Of a stretch of 55,679 nucleotides of DNA, positions 9,708 through 23,559 are shown piece after piece (the first letter of the stretch is position 1; each line of letters starts with the position of its first letter). Below the pieces are notes generated by a model. It had not been told where the DNA came from and ran no database searches. It saw nothing but the letters and a program-made list of their open reading frames with translations. Made by a program: the position numbers and the translations under genes. Origin of the DNA: Chromera velia (lineage: Eukaryota); NCBI GenBank assembly GCA_018398765.1, contig JAHBMJ010000144.1:1-55679 (forward strand). The letters run 5' to 3'.

Positions 9708-11769
9708 TCATCCTTCTAGACCTTGCTGCAAACGCTCGCACGATGCAATGAGAACCTCCTTACCTTCGGAACCTCCTCAAGGGGTCTCTCACGTATTTGT
9801 CTGGAGGTGCCACCATGAGGCAGCTTCTGCAAAAAAAAAAAAAAACAGACGCAGAGCTGTGAGTGTTCACCATAGAATGGATGCTCGCAGAAATGTTGTC
9901 AATCACAGATGAGTATACACGAGACAGCGGATGCTCGCAGAAATGGTATCGATCACAGAAATGAATTTTCTCAACAAGGCTCTTAATTCTATCAAAATGA
10001 TTGAAGGTGCCCACCTCTTCGTAGGTGACGGTGACCGGTTGAGACCACGTGCGAGACTTTGCCCTTCCATATCCCCCCTCTGTGCTCCCAACGGCTTCCT
10101 CGAAACGCCTCTTCTGAGGAGGAGGATGAAGGCACCCACCAAGCGCACGCGATCGTTTTCCACGATCGATGGATGCACCTTCCCCAGACCCGACTCTTTG
10201 CCCCTGGTCCAGTGTTGCGACAATCGGAGGGTGGGGGTACACGGGACGACCCTGCTCCGTGTGTCCGGAATTTTCTTCCCTCCTGGAGGAGGAGCCGAAT
10301 CGAGAAGAGGGTGCGGGGGAACCTTGGGTACGTGGCAAGCCCCATCCTCCCGTCGACTCTGAGACATTTCTCTCCTCTGCACTGAACCAGGCCTCAAAGG
10401 GAACCATCCCCAAAGATCCATACGGAAGGGGCGAACCCCGAGAGGCGACCTGCGAGCGTTGCAGAGCATCTCGCCTGCTGGGAGCTGCTGCTGCTGAACT
10501 GGGAGATGAGAAACGACCACGACTTCCAGAAGGGGATTCAGGACGTCTGGTGACATGGGGGTCCCTTCTCATCCTTTCATACCCCCCCCTGTTTCTCTCT
10601 GTGGCGACGTCTATGCTTGACGACGCACCATCATGTTGGGATCCACGCAGGCCCGCCATGTTTCCTCCCGAATCAAGAGGGAACTTTTGGAGAGTCTGGA
10701 AGGTCTGGGTCTCCCAAACTTTGAAGTCCTCCAGAGCGGCTTTTTCTATGTCTTTCGTTGCATCTTCCTCACGCAGCAGCGGGACCCACCACTTGTTGTC
10801 CAAACTGCCATCCGACCCCTGGCTTCTCTGTATGTACTTCAGCTTGTCGTACCACCAGTGTACGAACAGTCTGTACTGGAAGGGCTTGTGTGAGGGTTCG
10901 TGGCTGAAAGGGCACTCTTCTCCCTTGCCACAATTTCCTGCAGACACGAACACAACAGAGCGTTGAGCGATGTCGCTTTGCGAAAGGCAGGCCTAAGGCT
11001 CACACCTCAACTCCGCATGCCCTTTCTTCGAGTCAGTCTTGCTCACTTGACTCACTTACCGAGAGCGAAATGGTAGACGCAGGGGTGCGTCGATTTGTCG
11101 TGGGAGTCGTGGCAGTTTGCATAAGGACAACGTTGATTCTTCAGCACGTACCTGCAGAGCTTGTTCTGACAGAGCGCCAAAGGAAAGGAAAAAAGGGCGG
11201 AGCATTGCAAAATCGGTCATCACCACTCGAAATTGCCGAAGGCAGGCAACTCATCCGATGTGATGCGTATTCGGATTACTCATGTGAAGACATTTTCACA
11301 CAAATTTGGACATGCAATCCACAGTGCGAGCGGTCTTCAAAAACAAGCAAAACAGCGATCGCTACGCCACTCACATAAAAAGCTTGGCTAATTGACTTTT
11401 GGTTTTCCACCGAGTGCTCGAGTAAAACAACATTTTGATTTTTGAATCTCCTGTGTTCTCACAAGAGTATGCAAGCAGTAATCTCCCAGGACCGCATTTC
11501 CCGCACTCAACGTCCAACACCCACACATTAATTAAGTCTTTTAAATGAAGGCACCAGGACTGCTCGCTGTTTTGCCAACTGACCCTTCGCTGTTCGAGCA
11601 CGGCCTGATCGTGCGAATACGGGCACTCATCCCCCTTCCGACACCTGCAGGCCCAGAAACAGAGCACGGAAGCACCGCGCATGTTTCACGACAACAGAGA
11701 TGCAGAGATCGGAAACTGACTTGTTCTGTCTGTGCTGTTCACAAGGAAGGTGCTTCTTCCACGCAGCAC
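9708..11769 (-). CDS. Triple tandem CCCH zinc-finger protein (ZC3H4/6/8- or YTH1-like finger array) with a low-complexity S/R/G tail; 5' end unresolved
   Basis: Phase-compatible exons 11769-11721, 11644-11584, 11165-11060 and 10937-10015, with tentative 9826-9764 and 9725-9708. They read LPCEQHRQNKCRKGDECPYSHDQAVLEQRRNKLCRYVLKNQRCPYANCHDSHDKSTHPCVYHFALGNCGKGEECPFSH, i.e. three CCCH fingers. Confidence 0.85.
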
Positions 11770-13019
11770 CTGCACGAAAGAAAGATGCAGCAAGGACAGA
11801 AGAGATCAAGCAGCCATCTAGCGGCAGCCGGGAGAAGGGTGATAAGTCAAAGACGCCCTTGCCGACCTTTGTACTCTGCCAGAGGGTGGATTTCAAACTT
11901 CCACCTCCCGTTTATAAAAACCACAGAGCGAAACCTTTCCGTCTGGCCTCAAAAATTGAAATCTGCTTTCACTGACGACAAGAAGTGCAAGCGGACGCAA
12001 GCGTCCCTGGTCACTGTGCCCCCAGCTCCTGCAAGATCAACGAGCGGGGCAACAGCTCTCCGGCAAGATGATGCAAGATGTCGAGATCGAAAGTTCAGTC
12101 GAGGTCATGGACTTCACGCCCTGAAAATGGTCATATGAGAAAATTTTGTGCTCGATGCTTACAGTTTCGTGTCCGGACAGTGAATAACAGTGGGAATCAC
12201 TGAGGAGAATTCGGAAGATTGCGGGATATTGCGGGAATTAAGTTCATGACTTCACGGTGGAGACGGGATGTCAGGAGACGGCCGGGGTGTGCATATGGGT
12301 CGCGCCATGTCGCGCCGCATTGCGGCGGGGNNNNNGGGTTCGATCAGAGAGCGCCGGGGCCGCGGGGGGGCCAGAGGCGGCCGCCGAGTGGCGCCTCAGT
12401 CTTTTTCGGGGTTCCGCCTAGCTCCCCCCACCCCCACCCCATCCCCCCTGGTAAGGGCGCCCCTGGGCCTAAGAGCCGGTGAGTTGGCCCTCCTTCCCCC
12501 CCATTCATTCCAGAGGCTTTCGTAGGCTTTCGCTGTATAGCTTTCGCACAAAAATATATAGAAGCTCACCATATTGAGAGTGAGATGTACGGAGATGTAC
12601 CTCCATCACGATAGTTAACCTAGCAGTTAACTTTCTATCGGCAAGCAGAGCTAATTTTGGCGGGCCAAAGGCTACCAAAAGCAGCCAAAGACCTGCTATG
12701 GCATATTTTGGTGGGTGTCACAGATGGCCGTAAGCATGACCACAAGTACTCATAGGTAGTTTTGGGTAGTTTTCGAATGTAAATTTCGGTCATTTTGATT
12801 AGAGAATTAAAAAAAAAAAAGGGAATGCCTAGCAATGCCCCGGAGGTAGTAGGGTGGGATAACATGAAATTGCATCACGGATTAAAATAATATGCGTCTA
12901 TACGCGTCCGTACGAGTCGACGTTGTAACGCCGCTCATGATCTTTTATACAATTCTTTCCCCTCTGTTCTAGTTAAGCTGTACACCTTGACCTGGAGCTG
13001 TTAGTTTGGAGAGCCTGAG

Positions 13020-13104
<85 letters not shown>

Positions 13105-13747
13105 GAGAATGATGAAATGCAAGCATAAATATAGCATGAAGGCGCGCCCAAGTTGTATGTGTCTTAATTGTAGTTTAGGATCGCATTCTTTAATATATGC
13201 TTCATCTTCTTACTTATTTAATTAAGCCATGTTATAGAAGCGTTGACGTTTAACTTACTTCAAACATCGTACTATTCTATCAGAACTAATCAGAACATTT
13301 GTACTCTTTCTCAAATTAAGCGATTGATTCTCGTTTCTGAAGCCCGTCCCAATTCGTTAAATTTCATCTAGAATTTCGTTTCATCATTTTCTTACATTTT
13401 CTTAAAACCTTTATTTTGTTTTGCTAGAAGATAGATTTTTTTTACAGTGTTCAACTTGAAATATTTTTCATGTCAGATGGAATAAGTACATACTATACCT
13501 ATGCTATACTACATGTCTAGTTAGTAGATACATATAATATCACAAGTAGTAGTGCTATACTCTGCTTTCCAGCTTAATTGAAACATATTTTCAATATATT
13601 ATGCAAGCAAACAATTAATCTGACCATTTCCGTCTTAATTTAGTAGACCTTTCAGGTTCATTTCCATGTATTGATTCATGATATCACTTTTATGACTGAT
13701 AATGATATTTTGGGACTGAGACGCAACAGCGCAGACAATATGACGAC

Positions 13748-16295
13748 TCATGACGTCTGTCGACTCCTCAATGTTTGCTCAATCGTTGACAGACGCTCCA
13801 TGATGTTTGATTGCAGCATCTCGACACGTTCCTCGAACCCCGCTATTTTAGCATCAACACTCGACAACATGCTCCTACAAGCACGCATGGAGGAGTCCAA
13901 TTTGTCCATTCGTGCGCGTTGTTTGTCCTCTGCATCTTCCCCTTTGCTCTTGTCCTCCCTATGGTCCGGCCTGGCAGCCCCGCCTGGTCCCCCCTCATCC
14001 CCCCCTCCTCCTTGTGTCGTCTGTGTGAGGCGGATGTTCAGCGCTCTGAGTCCCTCCGTCGTCCCGTTCTTCTCCGCCTCGGCAACGAAAATGCACTGAG
14101 GAAAAACGTCGGAATCCTTCAGGCGGTGCCTTGCGTAGACCGACTCGACATTGAAAATCGCCTGCATCCTCTCCCTGCAGGCAAAATTCAATCCACAGAG
14201 AAGGAGGGAGTCTAAAGAGGGAGCGTGGAAGAGGGAGCATAAGAAGGGGCACGCAGGCAGAGAGACACGGGGATGAGGTGACCCAGATAGTCAGGCCGAC
14301 AAGTGAGCAAATTGCCGCAGGACGTACTTGCAGGACCATGCACACACTGTGTTCACTTCTCTGTCCTGAGAGACCATCTTTCTTCCTGCATGCCCTGCTG
14401 GTCGACTGACTGTGTGATGTATAGGCTCTTCTTGTCGTTTGACTTGGCCCAGGAGTCAGAGACTACAGAAATCAGGAGGTTGAGCATCACCACGTTCAAA
14501 ATGATGTGGAACACAATAAGGACGACGATGATAAACCAGCGGGTGTCCATCGTTTCCAAAAGGTCCCCAAAGTCTCCCAACAAACCGAACGCGTAAGCTT
14601 TGTAGAAGGCCAAGAGGACAGAGACGCTCTCTTCGGGCTCGGTTTCGGTGTTGAGAAGGATCGCAAACAGAAGGGAGAAGGCAATCTGCATTCATTTATT
14701 CATTCATTTTATCAATCAAGCAACTACTCATCCAATCAGTCGTGGATTCAACATATAAATTTCAATTCGTGACGGAAGATGATGTGTTGATTGTATAGGG
14801 AAGAGGATTGTACAGCAAGAGACAAGAAAATGACAGATCGGATTTGGCAGGAGGAAAATTAAACAAGGCAATTATTTCATAAATCCGCAGAACATCAAAG
14901 TTTCTCTACTCTGCACGGACCTGCACAGTCATGAGGAGGAAAAGGAACCAGCCGGCATCCTTGAAGACCAAAAACACCGCAGCGGTGTACGCCCCAATCT
15001 GCTTGAACGCCCTGTAGTTCTCCAGCAATCGAACAAACATTCCTAAAAGCACAAGAGCGAACAATACCAGCATCGATGCGTCCTGTCTCTTCCGTGCCCT
15101 CAGTTTTCCCTCCTCACCCCCAGAGGCATCGGGAAAAAGAGACGCCGCATCGAGCATCAGGAGCACAAAGAGCGCGGCGATGACCGCGGTCAGAATAAAA
15201 AAGTTGAAAACGTCTCTGCAGTACGCTCTAAGATTTGCCCTCATTCGGATCCCCCTTCCTCCCTGAGGCTGGTCTAAAAATCCGGTCAGTTCGAAGAATT
15301 CACGGGTACAGAAGAGAAACAGCATGCAGAACATCGCCACCCACAGGGTAATGCGCATGTTCACCCATCCATTCACCCCCTGTCCGACCCATCTACAGAC
15401 CAGAGAACCAAAGTCACACTTTTCTGTGTGACCGACTGCACACGCCCCTTCTGCATCGTTCAAGTCTCGAAACGTTTCTTCTGATTCCTCAGGAGCGTTC
15501 CTCGGGGGCCAGGCACACCCAAGCAGTGACGCGCCGTACAGAACAAACACCGCAATCTCGGAAATGCCTATTACGACCTCCAGCATGATGAAAGTTCTGC
15601 CATATGCGTACCTGCAGGAAGAAGAGGGAGGGAAAGTTAGAGGAAGACATAACAAGTACTAGACTCAACCGTGACGTTCTGCAAAGGGGCGATGCGGCAC
15701 GTACGACTTGCCCACCGACTGCTTCACTGCCTCTCTGACTGACTGACTGGCTGACTGACTGACTGACTGACTGACTGACTGACTGACCACTTGTAGAGCA
15801 CTGTAACTTGGACCCAAGGATGCAGCACCAGCGCCTCCGCATCGTCCTCGTCCTCACTCCCGACGATCTCGGACATATCGCTGAGGTTCACCAAGCGGTG
15901 GAGCAGAGGCCAGAAGGCAACGATCTGTCTGTACACCACAAACCGCATCTTGATGCTGCACACAACCACCAGTAAAGGCACAGCAGAAGAGAAGAGGGGA
16001 AGCCATACATGGACTCTGAAAAGGATGTTTCGCACAGATTGAGGGAGAGGTCAAAAAAGAGTAAAAAGGAACCGAACGACACCAACGAAGGAATAAGGAA
16101 ACGCAAAAGAAGAAGAAAGGGCAAGGAGATGCGCAAATACATGGATGGAAGGAAAGAAGAGATAAACCGAGCAAGTCCCGATGAGCCGAGCATGAACTTA
16201 CTTTTCCTCATCGGCATCCTCTTCACCCTTGCATTGATCTCTGCACGGATGAAATTCGTTGTATTCGTTTGCACATTTACAAACACAAACACACA

Positions 16296-16343
<48 letters not shown>

Positions 16344-16353
16344 CACTCACTCA

Positions 16354-16392
<39 letters not shown>

Positions 16393-19300
16393 GGTGAGAG
16401 AGAAAGAGGGCTCAGTTTTTGTTCTTTCGTAAAGAACCTCTGGTGTCTAATATTAAAGAGACAGGATGCTTCCGTGAGGCCCTCTCTCTCAGACATGCAG
16501 GAGCGGCCCGAGGCTTTGGGGACAGAGACATTTGGAGTGCGCGAAGCATCGTGTCATGAGGAAGATCGAGGATTCGCTGTCTCAGCCGTCGAAACGCCGC
16601 ATCAATCAGCATTATTTTAAAGAGAGAACGATGCAAGGGGAAACAAGGCGGAGCGTCTGAATGACTTACACAGGGTCATAGACGAGTGTGTTAGCCACAA
16701 ATGATGTTAGACTGCACACGGCGCCTCCCCTTCCCTTCCCAGATGCAAACTTGACAGCGCTCTTAAAGAAGAGCCTCCTGAAGCCGCCTTGTTTGTGAGG
16801 AGATCCGACGAGAGGAACAAAACGACCAGCTGGAACTTCCTGAGATCAAACAAACAAACAATCAAATAATCAAAAGTCTCAACCAGTAAATTAATGAATT
16901 TGCCGATCAGAAAGAAGACTCACCAACAGACTCAGGTCATCGAAAGACAGCACAGAGAGAGACTCCAATCTCTCCACACAGGAAGGTGATCACTTCTGCA
17001 AATCCTGAGGAGACCTAATGAGGGAGAAAAAAGTCACTCGTAATTTGGCCTGCTTGATAAATCAGTCTCTACATCGTTTCCCTTTTTTCGATTTCACTCT
17101 CACCGAACAGGCGGTGTTTGCTGATTCAAAGGAGGGACGTCTGCATGTCTAGCAAACTTAATTCCGACCAGCTTACCGACTGAAATGTACTTCTCAAGCA
17201 GGAGCATCAAAGTCTTTTACACCAACATCAGCAGTTGTATCCAAAAAGTTGTTGTACTGACTGACCTGGATGCAGCAGTGAAGCAGGAGGGAGACGAAGG
17301 AGTTGAACGTGCACTTGAATATGTGGAGGATCTGGTCGCAGCACCGCTGGAGATTTTCTGCCTGCAGTCTGGGGTTCTGAAATAGAAACACAGGCGGGAG
17401 CGCCCCTCCCCCCTCATTTTTTGCCCACTCCTCTAACCGCCGGACCATATGCGTGACGACGTCAATGAGAATTTCCACAGCCGCCCCCCCCTGTTGCTCT
17501 TCCTCCTCAGCAGAACTATTTGGAATGCCCAACGCCAGAGAAAGGGGACTAGACGGGAATCTACCGGGTACTTGGGGCTCACTTAGATGGAGCGACTCTA
17601 GGGGTGCAAGGTCTACTAGGTGTTTGATGGCTTCAATGGGAACTTTGTCGGTATCTCTGTACAGAAGAACGAAAATATGAAGAAGATTCATCCCCGCATC
17701 TCCAGTCAACCCGTCAACCTTGGTCCACCTGAGGTCTCTCTGCAAAGTCTGGCTACAAATTGCTTTCGAAGTCTCGATGAAAAACTTCTCCATACTCTCC
17801 CTTGAGGCAGCAGGTGTGCGTCTCCCTCTCTTCGTGGCAAGTAGAGCAGGATTTGAGAATCCTGAAAACCTTGCACCACCATCGTACGCTGACTCTAGAG
17901 GTGCTGTTGCCTGAACACCCTCGAGGAAGGCGATGGAGGCCAATGCCACTGGGAGACTACACGGCTTGTCCTCTGTCATGCATTCTTGTGGAGATTCTGA
18001 GTCTTTCTTTGGAGCTGTTTCGGAGAAGTGGATCCGAACGACTGACAAGGACCGCCCTTGGGGGAAGACCAGCGACGCTACGCAGGACTGCCGCAGTTTG
18101 CACTCCCTCCAACGAGATACAAAAAGAGTAGAAGTTAGAGCTGCAAGATGGGGAAGACGGACGATTTGAGTCCATCTGAGGCTTGTAAGCCAGGCTGCGA
18201 CTTCATCGGATGTTGCTGAGTCAGGAGGTGCTGTGTGGGTAAGAGGAACACGCGATGATCTGTCCGTGCAGCCAGAAGAGAATTTGAGGGATCCCAATAA
18301 ACTCCAAGGATGCTCTCGCCCTCGGTGTCTAAAAACAAATCATGACTGAAGGGTTCTATCTCTTCACTGTTCCCACTCTTCCTCGCACCTCCCCACAAGA
18401 CCAACACCCCCCCGTCTGCCTCATCCTCTTTTCTGAGACCTGCAGCTGCAGCCCTTCCGTCTCTTCTCGGAGAGAAGGAGCTGATCGGAAGGTCATCCAT
18501 GAAAACGGGGGAGAGGGACTTTGCGGGCTGCTGATCAGAGCTCTTCAAAGCGTCCTGCAATTCACGGTGTGTGTTGTAGGATAGAAAGGAGCGCAGACAG
18601 CGTGTGAATGAATTCTACAACGATGGCATTAATATCTACGCTCGCATTCACCTTTGAGGGAAACGACTGCTTGTGCAGGAGGGAGCCAAGCGCCGCGCGC
18701 AAAGAACCGACACGAAAATTATAGGCTGCCCCAGAGTGTAAAATCAGAATAGAACATTGCGGCAAGGCCTCTGTGGGGAGAAAAAAATCAGAGACAAAGA
18801 TGCAAGAGGCTGTAAAAGAAAGGGTCGCTCTGTGAAACAAGGAAATTGAGAGGAAAGAGCTCAATCAGAGAAAAGGAAGAACCAAAGCACTCACCTTGAG
18901 TTGAGAGTCTTCCCAAGACCAAAGGCAAAGACTTTTTTGAGGAAGGACGAGGGACAGAGTCTGCATTCCCTCATGGAACTTTGACGACGCAGACCTTTCT
19001 TTTTTCTTGTCCATCTCCCCCTCTCCTTCCCCTCCCTCAGGCCACTGCCCATCGGCCGTGTGGGGTTCTTCGGTTGGCCAGAGATCGGCATGCGCTCCCT
19101 CATTTGTCTCGTGCTGATTTGGGCTTCCTTTTTTTGATTTTGAGTTTCGATGCCCAGCAGTAGCCTTTTCTGTTGGCATTGCTGGAGGCTCTGTCAGTCC
19201 TCCCTCCTCTTCCTGAACATCATCATTCCACACAGGGTCAGTGCCATAATCTGCTGCTAAGGGAACTTCCGGCAGCACCCATGGGTCCCCTTCTTGTCCC

Positions 19301-20655
19301 TCTGCTGTCCATTGCATTCCTTCTTTTTCTTCTTCTTCTTGGTTCTTTTTTCCCTGTCCCTCTGGGTCTTCTTGGATTGATTGAGAAGAAGAAGAAGGAG
19401 GGCAGCGCCACCACGCGATCTGGACCTCATCAGGAGTCGGCAGGGCCCCCTGGAGACTCAGGAGGACTCGGAAAGGGGAGAATAAACTCTCCGATACGGG
19501 TCTCCGGACAGACACGGACTTTTGGGGAAGGGAGCCGAGCTGGAGAATTTCGACTGTAGAGAACTCTCTGTCTGATCCCCTCGGCAGGCTCCAGCCAACT
19601 GCTATGATAGGCGTTTTATCGGTTTGTGCTAGAGGGAGAGGACACATGGCTAAGGCAGACACGGGAATGCCAAGATTGAATCGCTGTGAGAGTGTCCACT
19701 CTTCTGTGCCAACTTTTACACACCCTTCTTTTCTCAACTCTGCAGCTGTCCTTTCCCTTCTCTCCATCAAAGCCAATCTCTCTCCCTCTGCAACTGCCAA
19801 GATGGAGGCATCGCCTGTCCACGCTGCTACCGGAGACGCATCACTGCCTGCCCCCTCCTGCCCAAAAAGGCACGCATGAGGCAACGGTGCCAGAGCTGTG
19901 CTGGCCAAATCACACAAATACAAATTCCCCTGTACAGATCCGACCACACAGGGACGAACGCGTGGAGGCTCCAGGCTTCCATCAAAAGAGGAAGAAGATC
20001 TAGCCAAAGCAACAGGAGGAAGAAACACGTTTTCAATCTCTCCCATCGCCAGGCTCCCATCAGAACCTAGAGGAAGGGGAATATTCACAGTGTCCCGCCC
20101 TGAACTCTCTAAATTTACAACTGAGAGACGTGTCTCTTCCCCCGCAGCCCCCCCCTCAGACTGCACAGATACCCACCCGACAAGAGGCGCCTTCTGACAC
20201 CAGCTGACGGACAACGCAGGGCAGTCCTTTCCGGGTTCCATCATCACCTCTCTCAGCTCCCTCAACACGAAACCGTTGAAAGCGTCACACACAAATACCG
20301 ACCCTGCAATATACATATATACAGTAATTCTTCGGTGAAAAGGCTTGAAGCTCGTAGAGCAATGGCTGCATAGAAACTGCTTCACGACGAGCCTTTTGTG
20401 ATACTCCTGCAGGGTACCCTCCAAAGTTGTGCCTCTCGGAAGACTCGCTGTGAAGACACATGCAAGCTTCTTCGGCTTCTCAACACCAATTCATGAAAAC
20501 GTCAGACCTTCTCATTTGACAAAAACGGGTGCTCAGTGATCTAGTGATTGCAGATTAGAGAAAGAGATAGGAGGACAAGTTAGAAAGGCAAGCGACAATG
20601 AGATTTAATTGTTGATGGTGATCATGTCTGATATTCACTTGTGCCTGTGCATGTC

Positions 20656-20730
<75 letters not shown>

Positions 20731-22824
20731 CACCATGCGACGTTCCCAAAGCGATTCCCTTCCCATCTGCCGAAAACGCCCCTGACACGAAACAAGGAGC
20801 AGGTTTCCCCAGTCTCTCTGCTGTCTCCAGCAGCCCTCCGTCGTCCCCCCGTGCACACACAGGACGGCATTCAAGACTGTTCAACGATTCCTCCCCCCTT
20901 CTTCCCCTCCCCTCCTCCAAAAGTCCCAAAACCAAATGTACACCCGCCTCTCCACTGAGGACGTCTACCACCACAGCCCCGCCCCCAGGGCTTACAGACA
21001 GAGCATATTGACCCCAAGGACCCCATGCGATCGAGGCCACGTGTTGGTTTTTCGATACAGGCTCAGAGGAGCTCAAAGGAAAGTCAAACCCCCCATGGCC
21101 GACCCAAATGGTGGCAGCAGGTTCTTCAGACGCCCCCCTTGCACAGGGAAGGCAGGACAGTCTGACCAGTCCGCTGCCTGTGAGGGCGACAATCCATAAA
21201 TCCAAATCTCGAACTTTCGCTTTCGACTCCCATTCTATGCGGCTGCCCCGTGCTGATCTCGTCTTTGCACCTTCCCCTATTGTACGTCTTCTCTTAAACA
21301 CCACCCCACCCCCCTCAGTCCCATTCGGTTTTCGATTCCTCTGTGCACACCTAGAGAAAAAGGGAGGGCCCCGTGAGGACCTCGACGGCTGCGCTGAGAG
21401 AGGCACACGACCCGACAGAGAGATGTCTAGAAGTTCCTGCCCCCCCCGTGCATCTGCATGGGGAGAGAGAGGTCCCACACGGGCCACTCGATGGAACCAC
21501 TCGTGTGGCTGCAGGAGCGAATTGCGAGACTCCGCAGCAGCAGCGTGCAGGTCTGTCTGCCTGCCTGCTCCCTCTTGTCCTGCATCTGACTGTGAGAGTG
21601 CGAAAATCGTTACAAAACCCCGCGAGTCGCCAACAGCGATGAATCTCGCATCTCTCTGAGGCCACACCGCGATGCTGGTGCAGTGAGGTAGGCAGAGATC
21701 TCGGACGGTTTCGGCTTGAAAGAAGAAACGTAATGCGGAAAGGCCAGCAGACTTCTTTTGGACTTCCCCTGAACTTCCCGTGTGCACTCTGAGTGCAACC
21801 AAGAAGAGCTGTTCCGGCCCTCTCACACACTTCCCAGCACTGTTCCTGCTCCCAACCCGCGCCCGCCCCCCGGCCACAAGTGTTTGGTCATCTGTCCACT
21901 CGACTGCCTCAAACACGCACTCTGTTGCTGCTACAGCAGTGGGAGCACTGGAAGAGGCGGAGGGACCCTGGATAATGTTGTTGTGTTGTTGAGGGAGAAG
22001 GCTAGCAAGGAACGATCGGCCATTGAAAGAACCGATCAGGGGAAGCCGCCCCTGTGCATGTCCTGACAAAAGAATCTCCCCTGAAAACATCTGAGAGAAA
22101 TCGAACGGCCGGCTCAGGTCATGGACAGACAAGATCTCGTCGCTGCATGGGCACCATGTATATATGTGAATGTATAGCAGGATGAGAACAAACTTGCATG
22201 CTTCTGTAACAGACATTGTTCGATCGAAGAATTTGGAAGTCATCAAATGAGGCATTGATTCGGGTAGTGAGTCATGCACTTTGGATGAAAGGCACCTGCA
22301 TGCATGCAGAGTCAAATGGCACGAGTGATTGGTCAAAGTCAATCACCTCTTTTACTTTTGCAGGGCTTTATGACCGCAAGACTAAGAAGGTTGGCATTAA
22401 AAAAAAAAAGAAATATTGTCACCGCCGTTCTTTGCATTTCCCTTTTTGCAGAGAGCCTCGCAACTTTGCAGGGGTTCGTCCAACATGCAAATACATATAT
22501 ATATATATCACAGTATCAGCACTCTTTCTGAGTATGTATATACATATGAAAGTCTGCTTTTCTGTCCATATTTGCGGTGACTGACCCGAATCCGAGTACC
22601 ACGAGAGTTCCACTAGGGTTGAAGCGCAGCATACAGGGACTTCCCTCAATCCCCTGGAAGCTCGAGAAGCAAGGACGCATGTGGCGTCGGAATCGGGGCA
22701 CCAAGGCCGGGATGGACCTGTCGACCTTCTCTGTTTTGTCATGTTCTTCGCTGCTTTCTACCAGTGTCAAATCGAGGGCTTCGTCTAGGGCGCCGTTGTC
22801 CGGAATCGTTTTCTTTGTCTTCAT
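13748..22824 (-). CDS. Large TRP-type (6-TM ion transport domain) cation channel with N-terminal WD40-like and ankyrin-like regions and a C-terminal coiled coil
   Basis: Pre-S1 LHPWVQVTVLYKW|YAYG. TM exon 15611-14921 ends with S4-S5 (FVRLLENYRAFKQIGAYTAAVFLVFKDAGWFLFLL). Pore/S6 exon 14685-14411 reads AFGLLGDF...VVMLNLLISVVSDSW. Last exon 14174-13748 encodes the coiled coil. N-terminal exons 22824-22586, 22142-20734 and 20303-18895 contain WD-like strands (LRFNPSGTLVVLG, AFSADGKGIALG, AWTGDASILAVA). An ankyrin-like GMNLLHIFV motif lies near 17700. Middle exons (16000-18550) are not fully resolved and single-gene continuity is inferred. Confidence 0.8.
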
Positions 22825-23559
22825 CCTGAAATGGTCACTTTGTTGTACAAATTCATGGGGGTGGTCAGCAGGTCGAGATACAAACTGAATGTTCTTTTTG
22901 AGCAGGTGAATCCTTTTTGTTCTTTCACAGAGGTTGAATAGGAAGCCACATGCTGGATAGGTTCTGACACGGCACTCTGAGGGCAAAGGCAGCTATATGA
23001 ATATCAACAACCACAAAGCCGTGCATACAAAGACAGCAAAGCTTCAAGAAGAGTCATGAAGTGACCGTGTTGGCCTCATGCAGCAAGAAGACCACCGGAC
23101 CATGCACTGCATGCCCTTGCACCCCTATACCGATACGCGCGCGAGCGCGCGCGCGCGGGCCCTGCGAACTCTGCATGACAATAGCTCTCGATCGAGTTGC
23201 AAGGGCATCGCGCACGCGCTTGCGGAATTTAAATGAATTTAATGCGTTGGCAAATGTATACGTGGGCAACGAATTTCACATTTGATCGAAAGGATCCCTC
23301 ATATATCCCTCATGATCCCTCCACTCACAGTCAGCCTCTCTCAAACCCATCAATTGTTCGAGATCCAGCTTTGAGGTGTCACTGTAAATATGTGAAGGAG
23401 TGGGGTCTGATGTGCTGATATAGCGTTGACACCTGTTCTCTGCTTTGCTCAAACCTCCTTGATTTCTTAATTGTTGGGTTTGGCCGATCACAGGAGACGC
23501 GCAGCTCTGGCGTAGCTTTCAGCGTCGCTCAAGCTGCCTAAGTAATCGGCAAAGAGGCA

